DNA of 64,000 nt from Chrysomallon squamiferum (GCA_012295275.1 CM022665.1:3534001-3598000), one strand, 5' to 3'. Counted from the stretch's first letter, positions 1-18,192 are shown. Notes: generated by a model from the sequence alone, not told the origin. Made by a program: numbers and translations.

Positions 1-51
<51 letters not shown>

Positions 52-408
52 GTTATTATTATTATTATTTAAAAGGAAAAAAAAAGTATTAACTGTTAAA
101 ATATAGGGATGTATTGCACCTTACCTCTACGGCCGGGTATGACAATAATAAATCAATCAGTAAATCAACAAATAAATAAATAAATAAAGATGAAAATAAA
201 ATAAAAATAGGAGATTATAAATAAATAATAAATAATAATAGTTGTAATTATAGAAATGTGTATGGATAGACAGATAGATAGATAGATAAATAGATAGATA
301 GAGAGATAGATATAAAGACACAAATATAAATTTAGATATACAGAGACAGGCGGTAGCCTGAAATGAAACAAATTAGACTGTATTACTTTTTATAATTTAT
401 TTCTAAAT

Positions 409-510
<102 letters not shown>

Positions 511-1487
511 AGAATATTTGAATACTGAGTTGCGGAGAAGAAAGATTAAAACTCTGATACAATTAAAGAAAAACGGGGGAGAGAAAAAAAAAAAAAAAAA
601 AAAAAAGAAGAGAAAAGACCGCATGGGTCCACACGTCGACATTAATTAAAACGAACGCTGGGTTTCCTCCCCTTACCACTTTTGTATCCGCGGTGTCGAA
701 TTCTGTATTCACGATAATCTTATTTCAGTCAATAACTTCGGCATTACGGCAGAAAATTGGATATTTTCAAATAAATAGATTAACACAAGCGATAAACTCG
801 TCAATTTGCACGGCCATTCACACTGAAAGAAAGGGTCAGTGGTGGACGACCTCGAATGACCTCGGGTGTTAGGTGGGGTCTCTTCGTAACGATGGGGGTT
901 GTTAGCCCATTGGCCCCGAATTATAGCAGCATATGTCGTAGTAGCAGTAGTTCGAGCGCCGTGATCAGTCAGCTGCCGTAGTAATTAGGTACCTTTATCC
1001 TGGCTATTGTCAGTCAAGCAATTTGTTGCGAAAAAGAAAGATAAAAATATAATAAATAAATAAATACATAAATAAATAAATAATCATAATAACGATGATG
1101 ATAGAAAGATATAATCATTAATAAGGATTTTGTTAAAAGACAAACATCTATTTAATATTAATAAAAGGAAGACATTATTTCTTCTTTTTCTTCTTCTTTT
1201 TTGTTGTGTTTTGTTTTGTTTTGTTCTTTTTCATTTTATTTTATTACAGTTATAAATATTATACATGACTATATTATAAAATTGCTAGAAGACATAAAAA
1301 TGTATATCAAGTTCTGTGAGGAGTGTCATTTTTATTTGAACAGAAAAAAAATAATGAAATCACAAATTTTGATGACTGTGAAATAGCACAAACTCAAGAA
1401 TAAAGAAATTAAAAAAACAAAACAAAACAAAACAAATTACGGAAACCCTTACCGAATTAAATTAAAGGCTGCTAGAAACTGTTTAAA

Positions 1488-1540
<53 letters not shown>

Positions 1541-1545
1541 TGATA

Positions 1546-1577
<32 letters not shown>

Positions 1578-1868
1578 AATAATAATAATAATAATTTTAA
1601 AAAGAAAAAAGATATTAAAATTGAATTGAACTATTTGGTGGTACAGAGATACATTTTTCAGTTTGTAGATGCGAATGAGTGATTATATGTATTTTACTGC
1701 AATATTATGGGGAGGTTTTTTGTTTGTTGTTTCAAAACTGTAGTTCTACTTTTGTAGAAAAAAAAATCTTCACTTATGATAATGTTTGTGTGTGTGTGTG
1801 TTTGATTGTAATACTTAGCTGTTATAGAGTATCTATCGTTTATTTAGCATGCTACAATCACACACGCA

Positions 1869-1914
<46 letters not shown>

Positions 1915-2955
1915 GAACTAAGGGAGAAAAGTAGTAACAGCCAACAAATTATTTTTATACAGTTATCTCCCTTCCGTGTTCACGATAACTAAAGCAAGAA
2001 TTGTACATGCATTATAGTTATATATAACAACAACAACAACAGTAGTAGTAGTAATAATAAATATAATAATAATAATAATAATAATAACAAATTTGTTGTG
2101 TTTACTGGCTCCATACAATGTTAATTAATATTTTAACATCAACTATTAAATCAAACATATTATTCTGGTAACTACCGATGAAAGAAAATACTCTTTTTAT
2201 TTTCCATCAAACCTTCGTATGTTTCGAACGCTGTTTTCTATAATCAAGACAAAACATACCACAAACTTGCTGTGCTTGGAATTCACGTCAGTATGAAATA
2301 ATGACTGAATTTGTAACGACATCTTTGCTATATCTGACTAGAGTGGATCAATAGCTCAAAGGAAGCTCCAAGTTGTATATACATTCTACACTGATCATGC
2401 CTAAAGTCTACGCTTTACGAAATAGTAACAGCCGGTTCGTAAAATATGTGTCTGGTACCATACGACTCGCTGCTAGTACCTGCCATTTGTTTTCTTCCTA
2501 AATTATATTATTTAACTGGATTACAAATATGTTTGTATTTCTTTCAGTTAAATCATTTCTTTCCTTCATTCATTCCTGCGTTTAGTGATCAATAGATCGT
2601 ATATTGTGAGTTAAATAAATATTTCCCTTGTGACTTTTACAAACTGACGAAGTTGATCTGTTCATGTTTTAAATAAACTACAGCGACAAACTTTTCCTGT
2701 CCCATTTATAAAAGTACACAGCACCTGTTCAGTGATGCGTAGACTGTCGTATTTAGAATGTGAAACTGGACAAAAAGGTTAATGACACATTTACTTTTAT
2801 GTCAAATACATGAATACAAATACGAAAGAGCAAATCTGTGTAGTGAGACAAAAAAAATACAAGAGTACTTATAAAAAGTTAAGACTAATAAATAAACACA
2901 CACACACACACGTATATATATATATATTTATAATAACAGTTATTACTATTACTGC

Positions 2956-2999
<44 letters not shown>

Positions 3000-3293
3000 G
3001 AATTTTTTTATTACACCGCATTAAAGATGTTTATGTAATCAGAGCTTCAGGGCAAATGTACCTCCGTCCTCCTTACGTCTGTACATGTCTGTGTTGTTAA
3101 CCTCCAGGTGCTATTAAAACGTAGGCAAATAAAATACAAAACAAACTCAAAGTTTAATATAAAAAAAAAATCTTTATTTTATTATTAAATTTCAGTAACT
3201 GACATATTGCTTTAATCGATCTAAAACTTTATTTAAAAAAATGAAAGAAAGAAAAAGTAATATTTTCACAATCTGAAGTTAAAAGCTTGAGAA

Positions 3294-4655
3294 TTAAAAA
3301 CTGATAACGTTGATAAGATCTCCCATCTTGATGAAAATTTTGTCGGTCATGTCGAAAATGCTTCTCTTTTTCATTCCACCGAACATATTTTCTGAAAAAT
3401 AAAGAAAGAAAAAAATAATACGAGACATTGTTGTTGTTTTTTTTTTCCCAAAATGACGTTCTGGTAATAATATTCAGTTACTTTCTTTTTTTTTTTTTAA
3501 TCTCTCTCTCTCTTAATTTATTAATAAATTAAAAAGATATCAAGATTTAGTAGCTTTTCTACAAGATATGGCTCTTCAGCATATCGAACTGAGCACTGGA
3601 GAATTTATGTGTATAAATTAAATTGATTATCAGTGCGAAGATGCACCATTAAAATAATACACCCGAGGTAACATTTGCTTTATCTTTGAGCAATCAGACA
3701 GAGGATATCTATTTGACAAATGTTATTACAGTTATAAGAATAAATGGATTTATCCTTTTAGACTTGACAAAACATGAAGAAGAATAGAAATAATGCGCAT
3801 GCGTACCTGCCATGGAGGTGAAAGCAGACATGAATCCAGTTTTAACCTTGGGAATAAGCTGAACGATCTCTTTTCCCTTTCCAACCATCTTCTCACACAT
3901 CTCCTTGACGTCGGGTTTAACAGCAGACATTTCGTCGACCATGTAGTTCATGAACTTGATGTTGAGCATTTGCATGAACTTAAATAAAATTTAAAACAAA
4001 TATCAGAAAAAAAAAAAAAAAAAAAAAAAATATCACTGTAGGCAGAAAATGTAGAATATATCATTTATCATAGAATACGCCTGGTGTGAGTTGTAAAATG
4101 TGTGGACGTATAGTTATAAAACAGACAGTCTGTTTGTATAATGTTAAATGGAATTCCAGGTCTGTAATCACGTACATAAGAGAGCGAAATATTTAAATTC
4201 AAAAGCGAATTTTAACCAAGCCTTTTCATACACACTACAAACTATTTAAGGTGAATTTATACATAACAGCTCTGATATAAAACAACAGGTTCGTTACTTG
4301 AACGATTAAAAAGTGGCTTGCATTTGAGAAACGACAATTTAGGTTTAGCTTTTCAGTGAAATTATGCTGCCACAGACTTCGTATTTATGTTGAAATTTAA
4401 TCAGATTTAGAAAAGAAAATATTTTAATCATACCGAGTTCATCATTCCGCTTGACTTCTCGTCCATCATTGAGACAACGTAACAGATATCATCAGCTTTG
4501 TCCAGCATCACAACAAACTGGTCCTGAATCAAGAGAAATCGTTACCCCAAAAAATATATATATATATTTTTTTTTTATTATTAATAAAAAGGACAGAAAA
4601 AGAACAACAGAAAACATAAGTACTATGCTAGTTTTTTCCATTCTTAACAAACAAA

Positions 4656-4686
<31 letters not shown>

Positions 4687-5881
4687 ATAGATAAATAAAT
4701 AGATAAATAAATAATTAAATAACAACAACATCAACAACAATAACAATAAAAGAAAAGTTTAATATGTATGTATGCACGTACGTACGTACGTAAATTCAAA
4801 ATGTATTAATAGCAGAACAGAACAAATCGCTTATGAATGTTCAAACTTACGGAATCGGGGACTTTCATAGCCTTCTCAATCATCTGTCCAGCCATGGTGA
4901 ACATTTGTTTTCCTTGTCCCATCATTTGTACCATGATTTCTTGGCCATTAGGCATTTGAAACGTCTAAAATAATAAGAACAATAATAAGTACAAACAGCA
5001 GTTCATATTTTCACATATGAAATAAACTTTGAAGACTTCTGTGAGGTAAAATGGCTTTAAAATGCTATATTCCCGAAGTAACTGCGTCAAAATTCATTTT
5101 AAAACTCTAACATTTCGTTCTCAAAAAAAAAAAAAATATATTAATTTCGAAATTTAGGTCGAATAAATTCATATACTCATTGTGTATCTCAGTATGGAAT
5201 TAAAATTTTGTTTTATAACGTTATTTATTTCTTTATTTATATAATCGTTGATTTCTAAGTATAAATAAATAAATATTAACTTACATCCTCAGCGGATATA
5301 ACCTGAAGCAGGAACAGGGAGACAACTGCAGCAACAACCTTTGACAAGAAAGAAAAATAAAACACTTGAGACATTTTCGCTGAATGATAATTCAGAAAAT
5401 AAATTTAAAATTTTACTTATTTTAAACAACACTTTAGCTAATTTTCTCTTAACGGCTATCGGATTCTTAAAATTCAAGAAATTGTACCTTCATTTATTGT
5501 TTTCAAAGGAAATCGGTTTATATTTTGCAACGGAAGCAATATAACTTTTGTATGCACCTTTCTATAAACACCGTCTTTGATAGTAAGAGGTGGGAAGCTG
5601 GGTATAATGGCAGTTAGCTCAATGATAGCACTGACAAGAATTAATACTTAGATCCACTAGAGGTAAGGCCAATTACAGCCCGATTCCAAGTTTGAATACA
5701 AAAACATTTCACTATCTTAGGTTAAGTAGACCAAATATTATATTTTATCAACGAGATCTCTTGTAGTAATTTTAACTTTAGAAATATAATAATCACAATG
5801 ATAAGAAGAAAAAGAAAAAGAAGATGATGAAGAACAACGAAGAAGAAGTCTATGAAAATATATAAGAAGAATTACCTTCAT
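3294..5881 (-). CDS. Secreted BRICHOS-like peptide precursor, paralog A (Met-rich, 177 aa); predicted mature peptide SIFDMTDKIFIKMGDLINVISF after KKR
   Basis: Coding exons 5876-5881 (MK), 5285-5338 (VVAAVVSLFLLQVISAED), 4851-4964 (TFQMPNGQEIMVQMMGQGKQMFTMAGQMIEKAMKVPDS), 4434-4523 (DQFVVMLDKADDICYVVSMMDEKSSGMMNS), 3807-3978 (FMQMLNIKFMNYMVDEMSAVKPDVKEMCEKMVGKGKEIVQLIPKVKTGFMSAFTSMA), 3294-3391 (ENMFGGMKKRSIF...ISF*). All introns GT-AG, phases 0,0,0,0,1, frame open. Same exon layout as paralogs B and C. BRICHOS assignment is motif-based inference. Confidence 0.85.
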
Positions 5882-5979
5882 GATGCTTATTTCTGTAGAA
5901 TGAGTAACAGGTTTCTTCTGAAATAGTCTTCTCAAAGCTTGCTCTTGAGCAGATTGAAGTCTGGGTGCCTAACCTTCTG

Positions 5980-5988
5980 TATTTATAG
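5980..5988 (-). promoter_or_regulatory. TATA box of paralog A
   Basis: TATAAATA on the minus strand about 100 nt upstream of the ATG; equivalent TATA boxes precede paralogs B and C. Confidence 0.65.
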
Positions 5989-6424
5989 GAAACTCAGTGA
6001 AAACAAATTAATATCTTGATCCATTTTATGGGATTTTTATCTTGTTTATTATCAACAGATAAAATTAAAACGTAAACGTCCTTGAAAACGAAAGGTCATA
6101 ACAGACGTCAAAACGAAAGGTCAAATGAGATCCCCACGTACTAAGATTCTATGACCTCTTAAACTTTCTTGTTGAAATTTTATATTTTAAAATTAAAATA
6201 TATATTTTATAATTTCTTTTTCGGTGAATGTGAACAAATTAGTCTGTTTTTGTTCGACTACTATAACTGAAAAATATAATTTCGATTAAAGTCATGTTTT
6301 CTGGTTAAGTGGCAAAGTCTATTTATAATGGGTAGTAATTGGTGAATTTCAGTATAAGTGATTTAAAGTGAATTAGAGAGATATATAGAAATATATATTC
6401 AGAAAGAGAGAATGAAGGTGAATA

Positions 6425-6471
<47 letters not shown>

Positions 6472-7479
6472 GAAAGAGTAATAATAATAAAAAAAAATAC
6501 AGGGGACAAAACGAACATGAGAATTAAAAAAAGAAATTCATATAAATATATCTACTATTGTTTTTATTTATGCTCGGATACACACACGTACACGCACACA
6601 CACAAATATATTATTTATTATACATATTATCCAGATTACTTTTCTGTCCACGGTATAAACGTAAATGATGTAGTGAACTTTTCTTCTGAACCTTGCCTTG
6701 TTTTTCAGTATCGTTTAGTCACAGCTGTTCAGCAGTTTTTTTTTATATGAATTCTTAACTTATGTTTTCAACACGTTCGACTTTGATTGAACTTGAGGCA
6801 CAAATCTTTATTGTGTTGAAATGTCATCAGACTCTTTTATGAATATTTGTTTATCAACTAACTGGGTGTGCATTTTGTACGTGACGAAAAAAATGTGGTA
6901 TTTTATTTGTACTTTTTCCGTCATTTTGTTGTTATAGTTGTCACTGTTATTATTATTGTTGTAGTAGTAGTAATAATAATAATTATAACAAAAGCAGTAA
7001 TAGTATTAACTGTTGTTGTTGTTGTTATTGTTATTGTTATTATTATTATTATTATTATTATCATCATCATCATTATTGCAGCTATTGTTTATTTATTTGT
7101 TTATTTATTTAATTATAATATTTATAATTAACTTTATTTATTATTTATTTCGTCAGATCCACATTATTTTGCTAAATACTTTTTATTTATATTATAAAAC
7201 TTACTGAAAAAAAAAAACAATTACGTTTATTAATTATTTTGTCTAGATAATTGTAATATTTTGAAAATTTTATTAAAACCCAAACGACAGATCTAACAAA
7301 AAGAGTCAAATTAACAATGTTAATAACTTAAAATTAGATGAAGTAATACTACTAATGTAAGGTTTGTAATAATTTGTAAACTGTTTTTCTATATTTATTA
7401 AGAAAAACCCAACAAAAAATGTATAATTTTGAAATGTATAATAAGAGATAGAGAGACGTAACACACAAAAAGCAGAAAT

Positions 7480-8040
7480 ATATATGTGTGTATATAGACA
7501 GATTAATATTTCGATAGAAAGACAGACAGGCAGACACAGAGACATGCAGAAAGACATGCAGAGACAAACAGAAGTTATAAAGACAGTCAGAGATAGATAG
7601 ATAGACAGATAGATAGATAGATACAGAGATACATAGATACATAGATAGATATACATACACAGAGATATACGGATAGAGACAGACAGAGAGACATGCAGAC
7701 ATACAGGCATACATACGGAGAGATATGGATAAAGGGATACGATACATATAGACAGATCGATATACACACAAATTACATGCAGAAAGAGACAGACATACAT
7801 ACACACAGAGAGACATATAGAGAGACAAACGGATAGTTAGACAAACAGAGAAACATGGAGAGAGACGGAGAGACAGACATACATATAGACATTCAGAGAG
7901 ATATACAGATAAAGAGACGGGCTGACATATAGACATACAGAGAGACATGCAGAGAAGCACTGAGAGAGACAAACAGAAGACAGAAAGATATTCAGACAAA
8001 CTGCTAGACATACTGTGCCATGCAGAACGACAAAGAGTAG

Positions 8041-8073
<33 letters not shown>

Positions 8074-8170
8074 CATATATTTATATATATAGATAGATAG
8101 ATTCACAGAAAATAGATAACAGATATACATACATATAGATAGATAGTAGATTGACTGACTGATTGATTAA
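7480..8170. repeat. Compound degenerate AGAY/ACAY tetranucleotide microsatellite tract
   Basis: Directly visible; produces several spurious low-complexity ORFs. Confidence 0.85.
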
Positions 8171-8796
8171 AAGATAAGAAGAAAAGTAAAAAAGGGAGCT
8201 ATTTTAAATGTGAAATAATAATAATAATAATAATAATTTAAAAAAACCTGTAAGTCATTCAGTTTTAATTTTGTTTTTTCTTAGCATGAGAAATTCCTTG
8301 CTCTACTCTGCGTATGTATTTCTTGGTGAGAGAGAGAGAGATAGAGAGTACAACACAATGGTGAACTTTATAACAGTGATAATAATAATAATAATAATAA
8401 TGTACGTAGTAAACTTAAAACGTGACATTACTTGTTTTCTCTCTCTTTTTTTCTACGAAGTAATGTCCACATTTAAAACTGAAGTCGCCTACGCACTGCG
8501 TGATTTGACCCCATTTACCTTATTACTGTAAGTGAAAACACATGAATTATTCATCGTAATAATTGATCCAAATCGTCAAGATCTTTATTTTATTACACAT
8601 ATATTTCTTACTCTCGATTAAATATCGTCTAGTTTTGTGTTTTCAGATCACGTTCTTGTGTGTAAGTACAGATACCACTGTTAGTGTGAGAAGGTAAATG
8701 AACTTTTAATGTAGACTCATTTTCAAATATTCAAATGTAAGTGTGGGATGTAGAAGAAACAGCGTGACCTTTTGCTTTATCAGGTACATTTGATCA

Positions 8797-8962
8797 TGTA
8801 TGTATGTACTTGTGTGTGTGTGTATGTATGTATGTATGTATGTATGTATGTATGTAGGTATGTCTGTATGTATGTATGTGTGTGTATATATATATGTATG
8901 TATGTATGTATGTGTATGTGTATATATATATATATGTATGTATGTATGTATGTGTATGTGTG

Positions 8963-8995
<33 letters not shown>

Positions 8996-9147
8996 GTGTG
9001 TGTGTGTGTGTGTTTATATATATATATATAATTATGTATGTGTGTGTGTGTGTTTATATATATGTATGCATGTATGCGTGTCTAAATTTGTGTGTATGTA
9101 TGTATTTTTGTGGACATGTATGCATGTATTTGTGTGTACATGTATGC

Positions 9148-9181
<34 letters not shown>

Positions 9182-9190
9182 GCGTGTGTT
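8797..9190. repeat. Compound (TATG)n/(TG)n/(TA)n microsatellite
   Basis: Directly visible. Confidence 0.9.
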
Positions 9191-9305
9191 AGTGTGTACT
9201 CTTCTTCAGTGTATTAGATTGTGTTAGAATGGCATCATTTCACAAGAAACAAATTCTTCTGTTATTTTAATTGAATAAAATAGACTGCAACCTTTTTCCT
9301 TGTTT

Positions 9306-9361
<56 letters not shown>

Positions 9362-9459
9362 TTATTCAACGAATGAATGGCATTTTAAAAAATTTTTATT
9401 ATTATTACTGTTGTTGTTGTTGTTGTTGTTACTGTTATTAATGTTGTTGTTGTTGTTGA

Positions 9460-9494
<35 letters not shown>

Positions 9495-9823
9495 AAATAA
9501 AACTTTAAAGATATGTTTATCGCATGTCTCTATAAAACCATACATTTTTTTATTTTTTAAATTTCCGCTCTCTCGGTCTTGTGATACATATGTATAGCCA
9601 AACAGAAATAAAATGACATTGCAAAACCTAAATATCCAAAAAAACATTTCTACTTGTTCCAAATTTTTGTTTTATATCTTTCAGCTCAAATTTTTTTTTC
9701 AAAAAGACAGAAAAAACCCACATTGAATTTTGTTTAACACAAATATCAAAATTGTTCAAATATTTGTGGTTTTCTCAAATGAGAGAAAAAAAACCCACCC
9801 CAAAACCCCACATTTAATATTAC

Positions 9824-9861
<38 letters not shown>

Positions 9862-10082
9862 ATTATATATATATATTTTTTTTTTTTCAAATTAAATAAT
9901 AACAAATAATAATAAGAAGAAGAAGAAGACGAAGACGAAGAACAGCAGTAAACCTTGCACTAAGTTTCAGCACTATGAAAAACTGAACCTTGTTTATAAA
10001 ATTATAATAGTCAAAGAAAAAATTTAAGAAAAACATAGCTTCATATCTACGTCTGTGTATTAACAGTAGCTTCAGTTCTTCT

Positions 10083-10310
10083 ATCGACAGTTGTGTTGAA
10101 TTTAATCTACAACAGTTATAAAAGATGAAATCATGATGGTTTGCTCCAGTGAAAATCGGGTAATTTAGATTAAAGATAATTTTAAGCAAAAAATAAAAAA
10201 TAAATTGACATACCCGTCTAAGCGATTATCTGCAAATAAAAAATACGTCAAAGAAAATGAAAGGTAAAATATTGAGTGAAAATCGTACAAACGTGTTTAA
10301 ATATATTGAA
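10083..10310 (+). repeat. Diverged ~230 bp dispersed repeat, copy 1
   Basis: Colinear with 13418-13626 (atcgacag..ttgaatttaa, cgggtaatt.agatta, tgacatac.cgtctaagc.attatctgca, attgagt.aaaatcgtacaaa). Confidence 0.8.
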
Positions 10311-10561
10311 AGAGTAGGTTTTTTTCTCAAACTGAATATTTAATGACAGACATAGTATGAAAATATTTTGTGCATTTCCCAGTGGTTGTTTTATTATTTT
10401 GTTTTATGGTAACCAGTCTTTTCTAACAATAAAGTGTGTCCATAAAACAGAAAGTCAGTAACAATGCACTGAAACTGTATTATTCTTAACATGACATGAG
10501 GATTTTGATTAACTGCTGAATGATCATCATAATATGTCGTTTTGTCAGCAACAACAACAAC

Positions 10562-10604
<43 letters not shown>

Positions 10605-10977
10605 TAATAATAATAATAATAATAATACAGGTGATATATATAAAAGACTAATCAGACTGAGTAACTTATATTGCCGCCTTTAATTTGACACCAGTGAAAT
10701 GTGAAATACCCGCATGTTGGAACAGCCTGTAAAATACAAAACGAATTATTTTCACATCGAAACTGAGTCATATTTGAGAAAACGGATCCAGGAAATTAAT
10801 ATCTAATTTATTTAATGTCTTCTTTGTTACAAAATATTCACAGTACATAACTGCTACTGTTGGTGTTACTGTTGTTTCTGATATTGTCATCATCATCACT
10901 ACTGCTACTTTTATTATTATGATCATCAACATCATTATTATTATTATTGTCATTATTATTGTTATTATTATTACTAT

Positions 10978-11065
<88 letters not shown>

Positions 11066-11357
11066 ATTATTACTTTTATTATTATTTAAAATAACAAATT
11101 TGACACTGAAACTGACAAGAACTTTAATACTAAGAACTGTTTCAGTGACTCTACATTACTTTCATATTAGTTTTAAAGGATAGTTTACGTGTTATTTTCT
11201 GGATTGCTGTTTAAAATGTATACCGCTGCTGCAAACAAATTATGGGCTTGTTGTTTTGCTGTAACAAGCAGAGTTTACTTCTTTTTTTATGTACAGTTGT
11301 GCGTGAATTTTAAAATTTTATTAATTTCTATTATTTCTTAATCTATTTTTTTTTTGT

Positions 11358-11396
<39 letters not shown>

Positions 11397-11733
11397 TTTT
11401 AATTAAAAAATAAAAGTGTTATTCATTTCTTGATAGAATAAAATATTTATTAGATAAATAAGTAAAATTCATGGGTAAATATTCAGTCTACGTAGCAAAG
11501 ACATACACACACATACTCACAAACATAAACAGACACAAACACATATGCTGGTGTACACATAAGCAATTGTGTTCATTCTGTATGGTATGTATTTGAACAT
11601 ATAACAACTTCTCGCATTATCCCGATAAACAACAAACACGATTTGAAATATTTGTTTTATTTTCTCTCTGTTTTTATTATCTTTAAAACGTTTGTATGAT
11701 GTTGTTTACAAAGTTTGTATGTTTTCTGTTTAT

Positions 11734-15068
<3,335 letters not shown>

Positions 15069-15122
15069 TTTGTGTTATTTACCTTGAATAGATTTCTTCT
15101 CGCATGAGAAAATGTTATCCGA

Positions 15123-15129
15123 ATTTATA
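15123..15129 (-). promoter_or_regulatory. TATA box of paralog B
   Basis: TATAAAT on the minus strand about 55 nt upstream of the ATG. Confidence 0.55.
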
Positions 15130-15845
15130 TCCAGCTGCACAAAAATAAAAAACAAAATAAAAAAAGGGGAGAATAAATTAATAATAATAATAATAATAAT
15201 ACATTATTTAAAAATAAATAAATAAATAAACAGTCCACACAGATATGGAATCCTGAATCTAATCTGATTAATCATATCTTTGCTTCAAAGGTCCGTGCCA
15301 AATAAACAGTTCTCCTTCTCTCTCTTCATAAAATTCCTCCCAAAATGTAATTCAGTACCGTCACTGACTTGAATTTTAATGGTTGTTTTAATAATGCCTG
15401 AAATAAATTGTAATTGTAAACGCTTCAGTTAATTTAAAAAGTCAAAATCTCCTTCGCTGTCAAAAATTTATGTTTTTTTCTAAAAGAAAAAAAAAATTTC
15501 ATTCGTCCGTGAATTATTTATGGATGTTTTCACTGATATGCTTAATTTTCTTTGAAATAAAGCACACACATACACACCTGTGATTTTTTTTTGTTTTCAT
15601 GTTCAACAATACTGATATTAAATTTAAATAAGTTGTTTTATTGTTAATTTTTCTTCTTTATTGTGAAGTTTTGTCTCTTTATATATTTATTTATTTATTT
15701 ATTTGTTCGTTCGTTCGTTCTTTCGTTTGTTTGTTTATTATCAACATAATTATCATTATTGTTGTTATTGCTGGTGTTGTTTGTCATATAATTTATAGCG
15801 TATTCGAGGGGTAAAATGTGGTGAAAATTACATATTAAAACAACA

Positions 15846-15900
<55 letters not shown>

Positions 15901-16393
15901 TATATGTGACGTAATTAAAGTAAATATATTTTATATACTTTGAAATGATTGTATTTAGTTAATACCAGTCTTTACTACTAATAAAGTTAGACAAGAATAT
16001 TATAACCTCTTAAAGATCGTGATATTTCAAATTTCAGATTCAAATAAGGATCATGTTTGTCAAATATTTTACTTAGCTTATATTATTTACTATTATTTTT
16101 ATATCTTTCTATCTTTTCTATCGCTTTACGGTTCAGTCAACCATGAATTTATTTTTCAACTCATTTTTTCATGCTTTATTTAACCTGTGCTTTTAGTTTG
16201 TCGTCGTATCGACAATAAATAATTAATAGTTCATCCATTACGTACCACATGCTGGGTGAGTTTGAAACACAGATTTAGTTTTCTGGGTAGTGGCAGGTTT
16301 ACTGCGTTACTTTATAACACTGGCTTTATTTGTCTGATCTGTATTTTCTGATATAGCAAAAATACTGTATTACAATGTGACATGATGTGCTGC

Positions 16394-16452
<59 letters not shown>

Positions 16453-16456
16453 CAAC

Positions 16457-16489
<33 letters not shown>

Positions 16490-16744
16490 AATAATAATGA
16501 TGACATAATAATAATAATAACAACATAATAATAATAATAACATAATAATAATAATAATAAAAATAATAATAACAAATAATAAGAATAAGAATAAGAATAA
16601 TAATAACAACAATATAATAAAATAATAATAATAGTAATAATAATAACAACAACAACAACATAATAATAATAGTAATAATAATAACAACAACAACATAATA
16701 ATAATAGTAATAATAATAACAACAACATAAAAAATAATAATAAC

Positions 16745-16777
<33 letters not shown>

Positions 16778-16790
16778 CAATATAATATAA
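16394..16790. repeat. Long compound (AAT)n/(AAC)n microsatellite
   Basis: Directly visible; source of three spurious ORFs. Confidence 0.95.
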
Positions 16791-18100
16791 TGTAATGCAA
16801 TGCAATACAGTACAATACAATACAACACATCACATAACTTAACACAAAAATGTAGCACAACGTACGCAACGCAATACAATACAATATAAAGTAATATAAT
16901 TACAGGTATTAACTGTAACACAAAACACCACACCATAACATCATATAATATTAATCAGTCTTGACGCTCTGAACACCGCTGCGAATAACGGAAATGATTC
17001 GTGGTGTGATACGCATGCAGAACCTCGCTTCCACTGATAATATCAGAATAAATTATGATAAACAGAGTCTTCTGGCATGAATTAAATTAGCATAAGTAGC
17101 TTACACATCATCAACATACACCTACACAGACATTACTAATTCAGACGTTGCGATATTCGTATACAAATGACCAAGTTAAATGAAAACTATCTTTGTAAAA
17201 AATATATTTTTTTAGACAATAAAATAGAATAAAATTCGTGTAACATTAAAGTATTATTTTTCTTGTATCTGCCTTTCTTTTGCGAATCAGTTTGGACTTG
17301 CATTATGTTTTTGAAGATAACAACAACAGTAACAAATACAATAATAATATAATTAATATTACTGTTTAAATATTTGTGTGTAGATAGATAGATAGATAGA
17401 TAGAAAATATAAAGATAGACAATGAGAAATATACCATGCAATATTATTTAGCCTTAGAAATAAACAAATTGTTTTATGGAGGAAAAACTGTACATGTGTG
17501 ACCTATATTTTTAAAATTCAATTCTGTTTCATTTAAATGTTTTTTGTTTACAGTAAACAGTTAAAACAAACAACCCAGTGTTTATAAAAATCATTTTTAT
17601 TTTATTTGGTATCTGTTTACATAAGTTTGTAAAAACTGGTTTTAAAAATCGTTTTTATTTCGGTAATAACAGGATATTACTACAACATTATTTTTAACTT
17701 TTCTTTGTAAAAGTTATTGCTCAATCGTTTAAACATCTGTACTGTGTTATATTTCAGTTTACAGGTAGAATGAGGGGAGGAAATATTATTATTATTTTTT
17801 TTTTTTTTTTTTTTTTTTGCCTAGTTAGGTAAATGTTAAATAACAGGTAACAAATAAAAATTAAAAAATGTTTCGTTTTTTATCATTTGGATGCTTTAAT
17901 AAATGCTTTCACGGACTAACAGATGTATAATACAGTAATGTGATAATGAAAGAATATTATGAAGACATAAAAACAATGTAAACAAATGTCAAACAGTATA
18001 TGTAAAGAAAAATGGTACAGTAGAAAAATGAAGGCTATTTTGCGTGAAGTTATTAGAAATGCGAGGTCCGTGAAATCGAGGGTCAACAGTATACTTTAAA

Positions 18101-18158
18101 CATACATACATACATGCATACATACATACATATATACATACATACATAAATACATAAA

Positions 18159-18192
<34 letters not shown>

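Noticed and set aside
5285-5374. Alternative start MSQVFYFSFLSK for paralog A
   Set aside because: In frame, but the upstream ATGAAG|gt micro-exon with a TATA box and a 54-nt exon 2 matches both paralogs exactly.
8647-8693. Exon-like 47 nt segment with good acceptor and donor on the plus strand
   Set aside because: No partner exons or similarity to the paralogs found; may be chance or non-coding.
7306-9500. Long overlapping Cys/Val/Tyr/Met-rich ORFs (up to 240 aa)
   Set aside because: Open only because tetranucleotide and dinucleotide repeats lack stop codons.
18055-18092. Tigger-like terminal sequence (TACTGTTGACCCTCGATTTCACGG on minus)
   Set aside because: Single end only; no partner TIR found.
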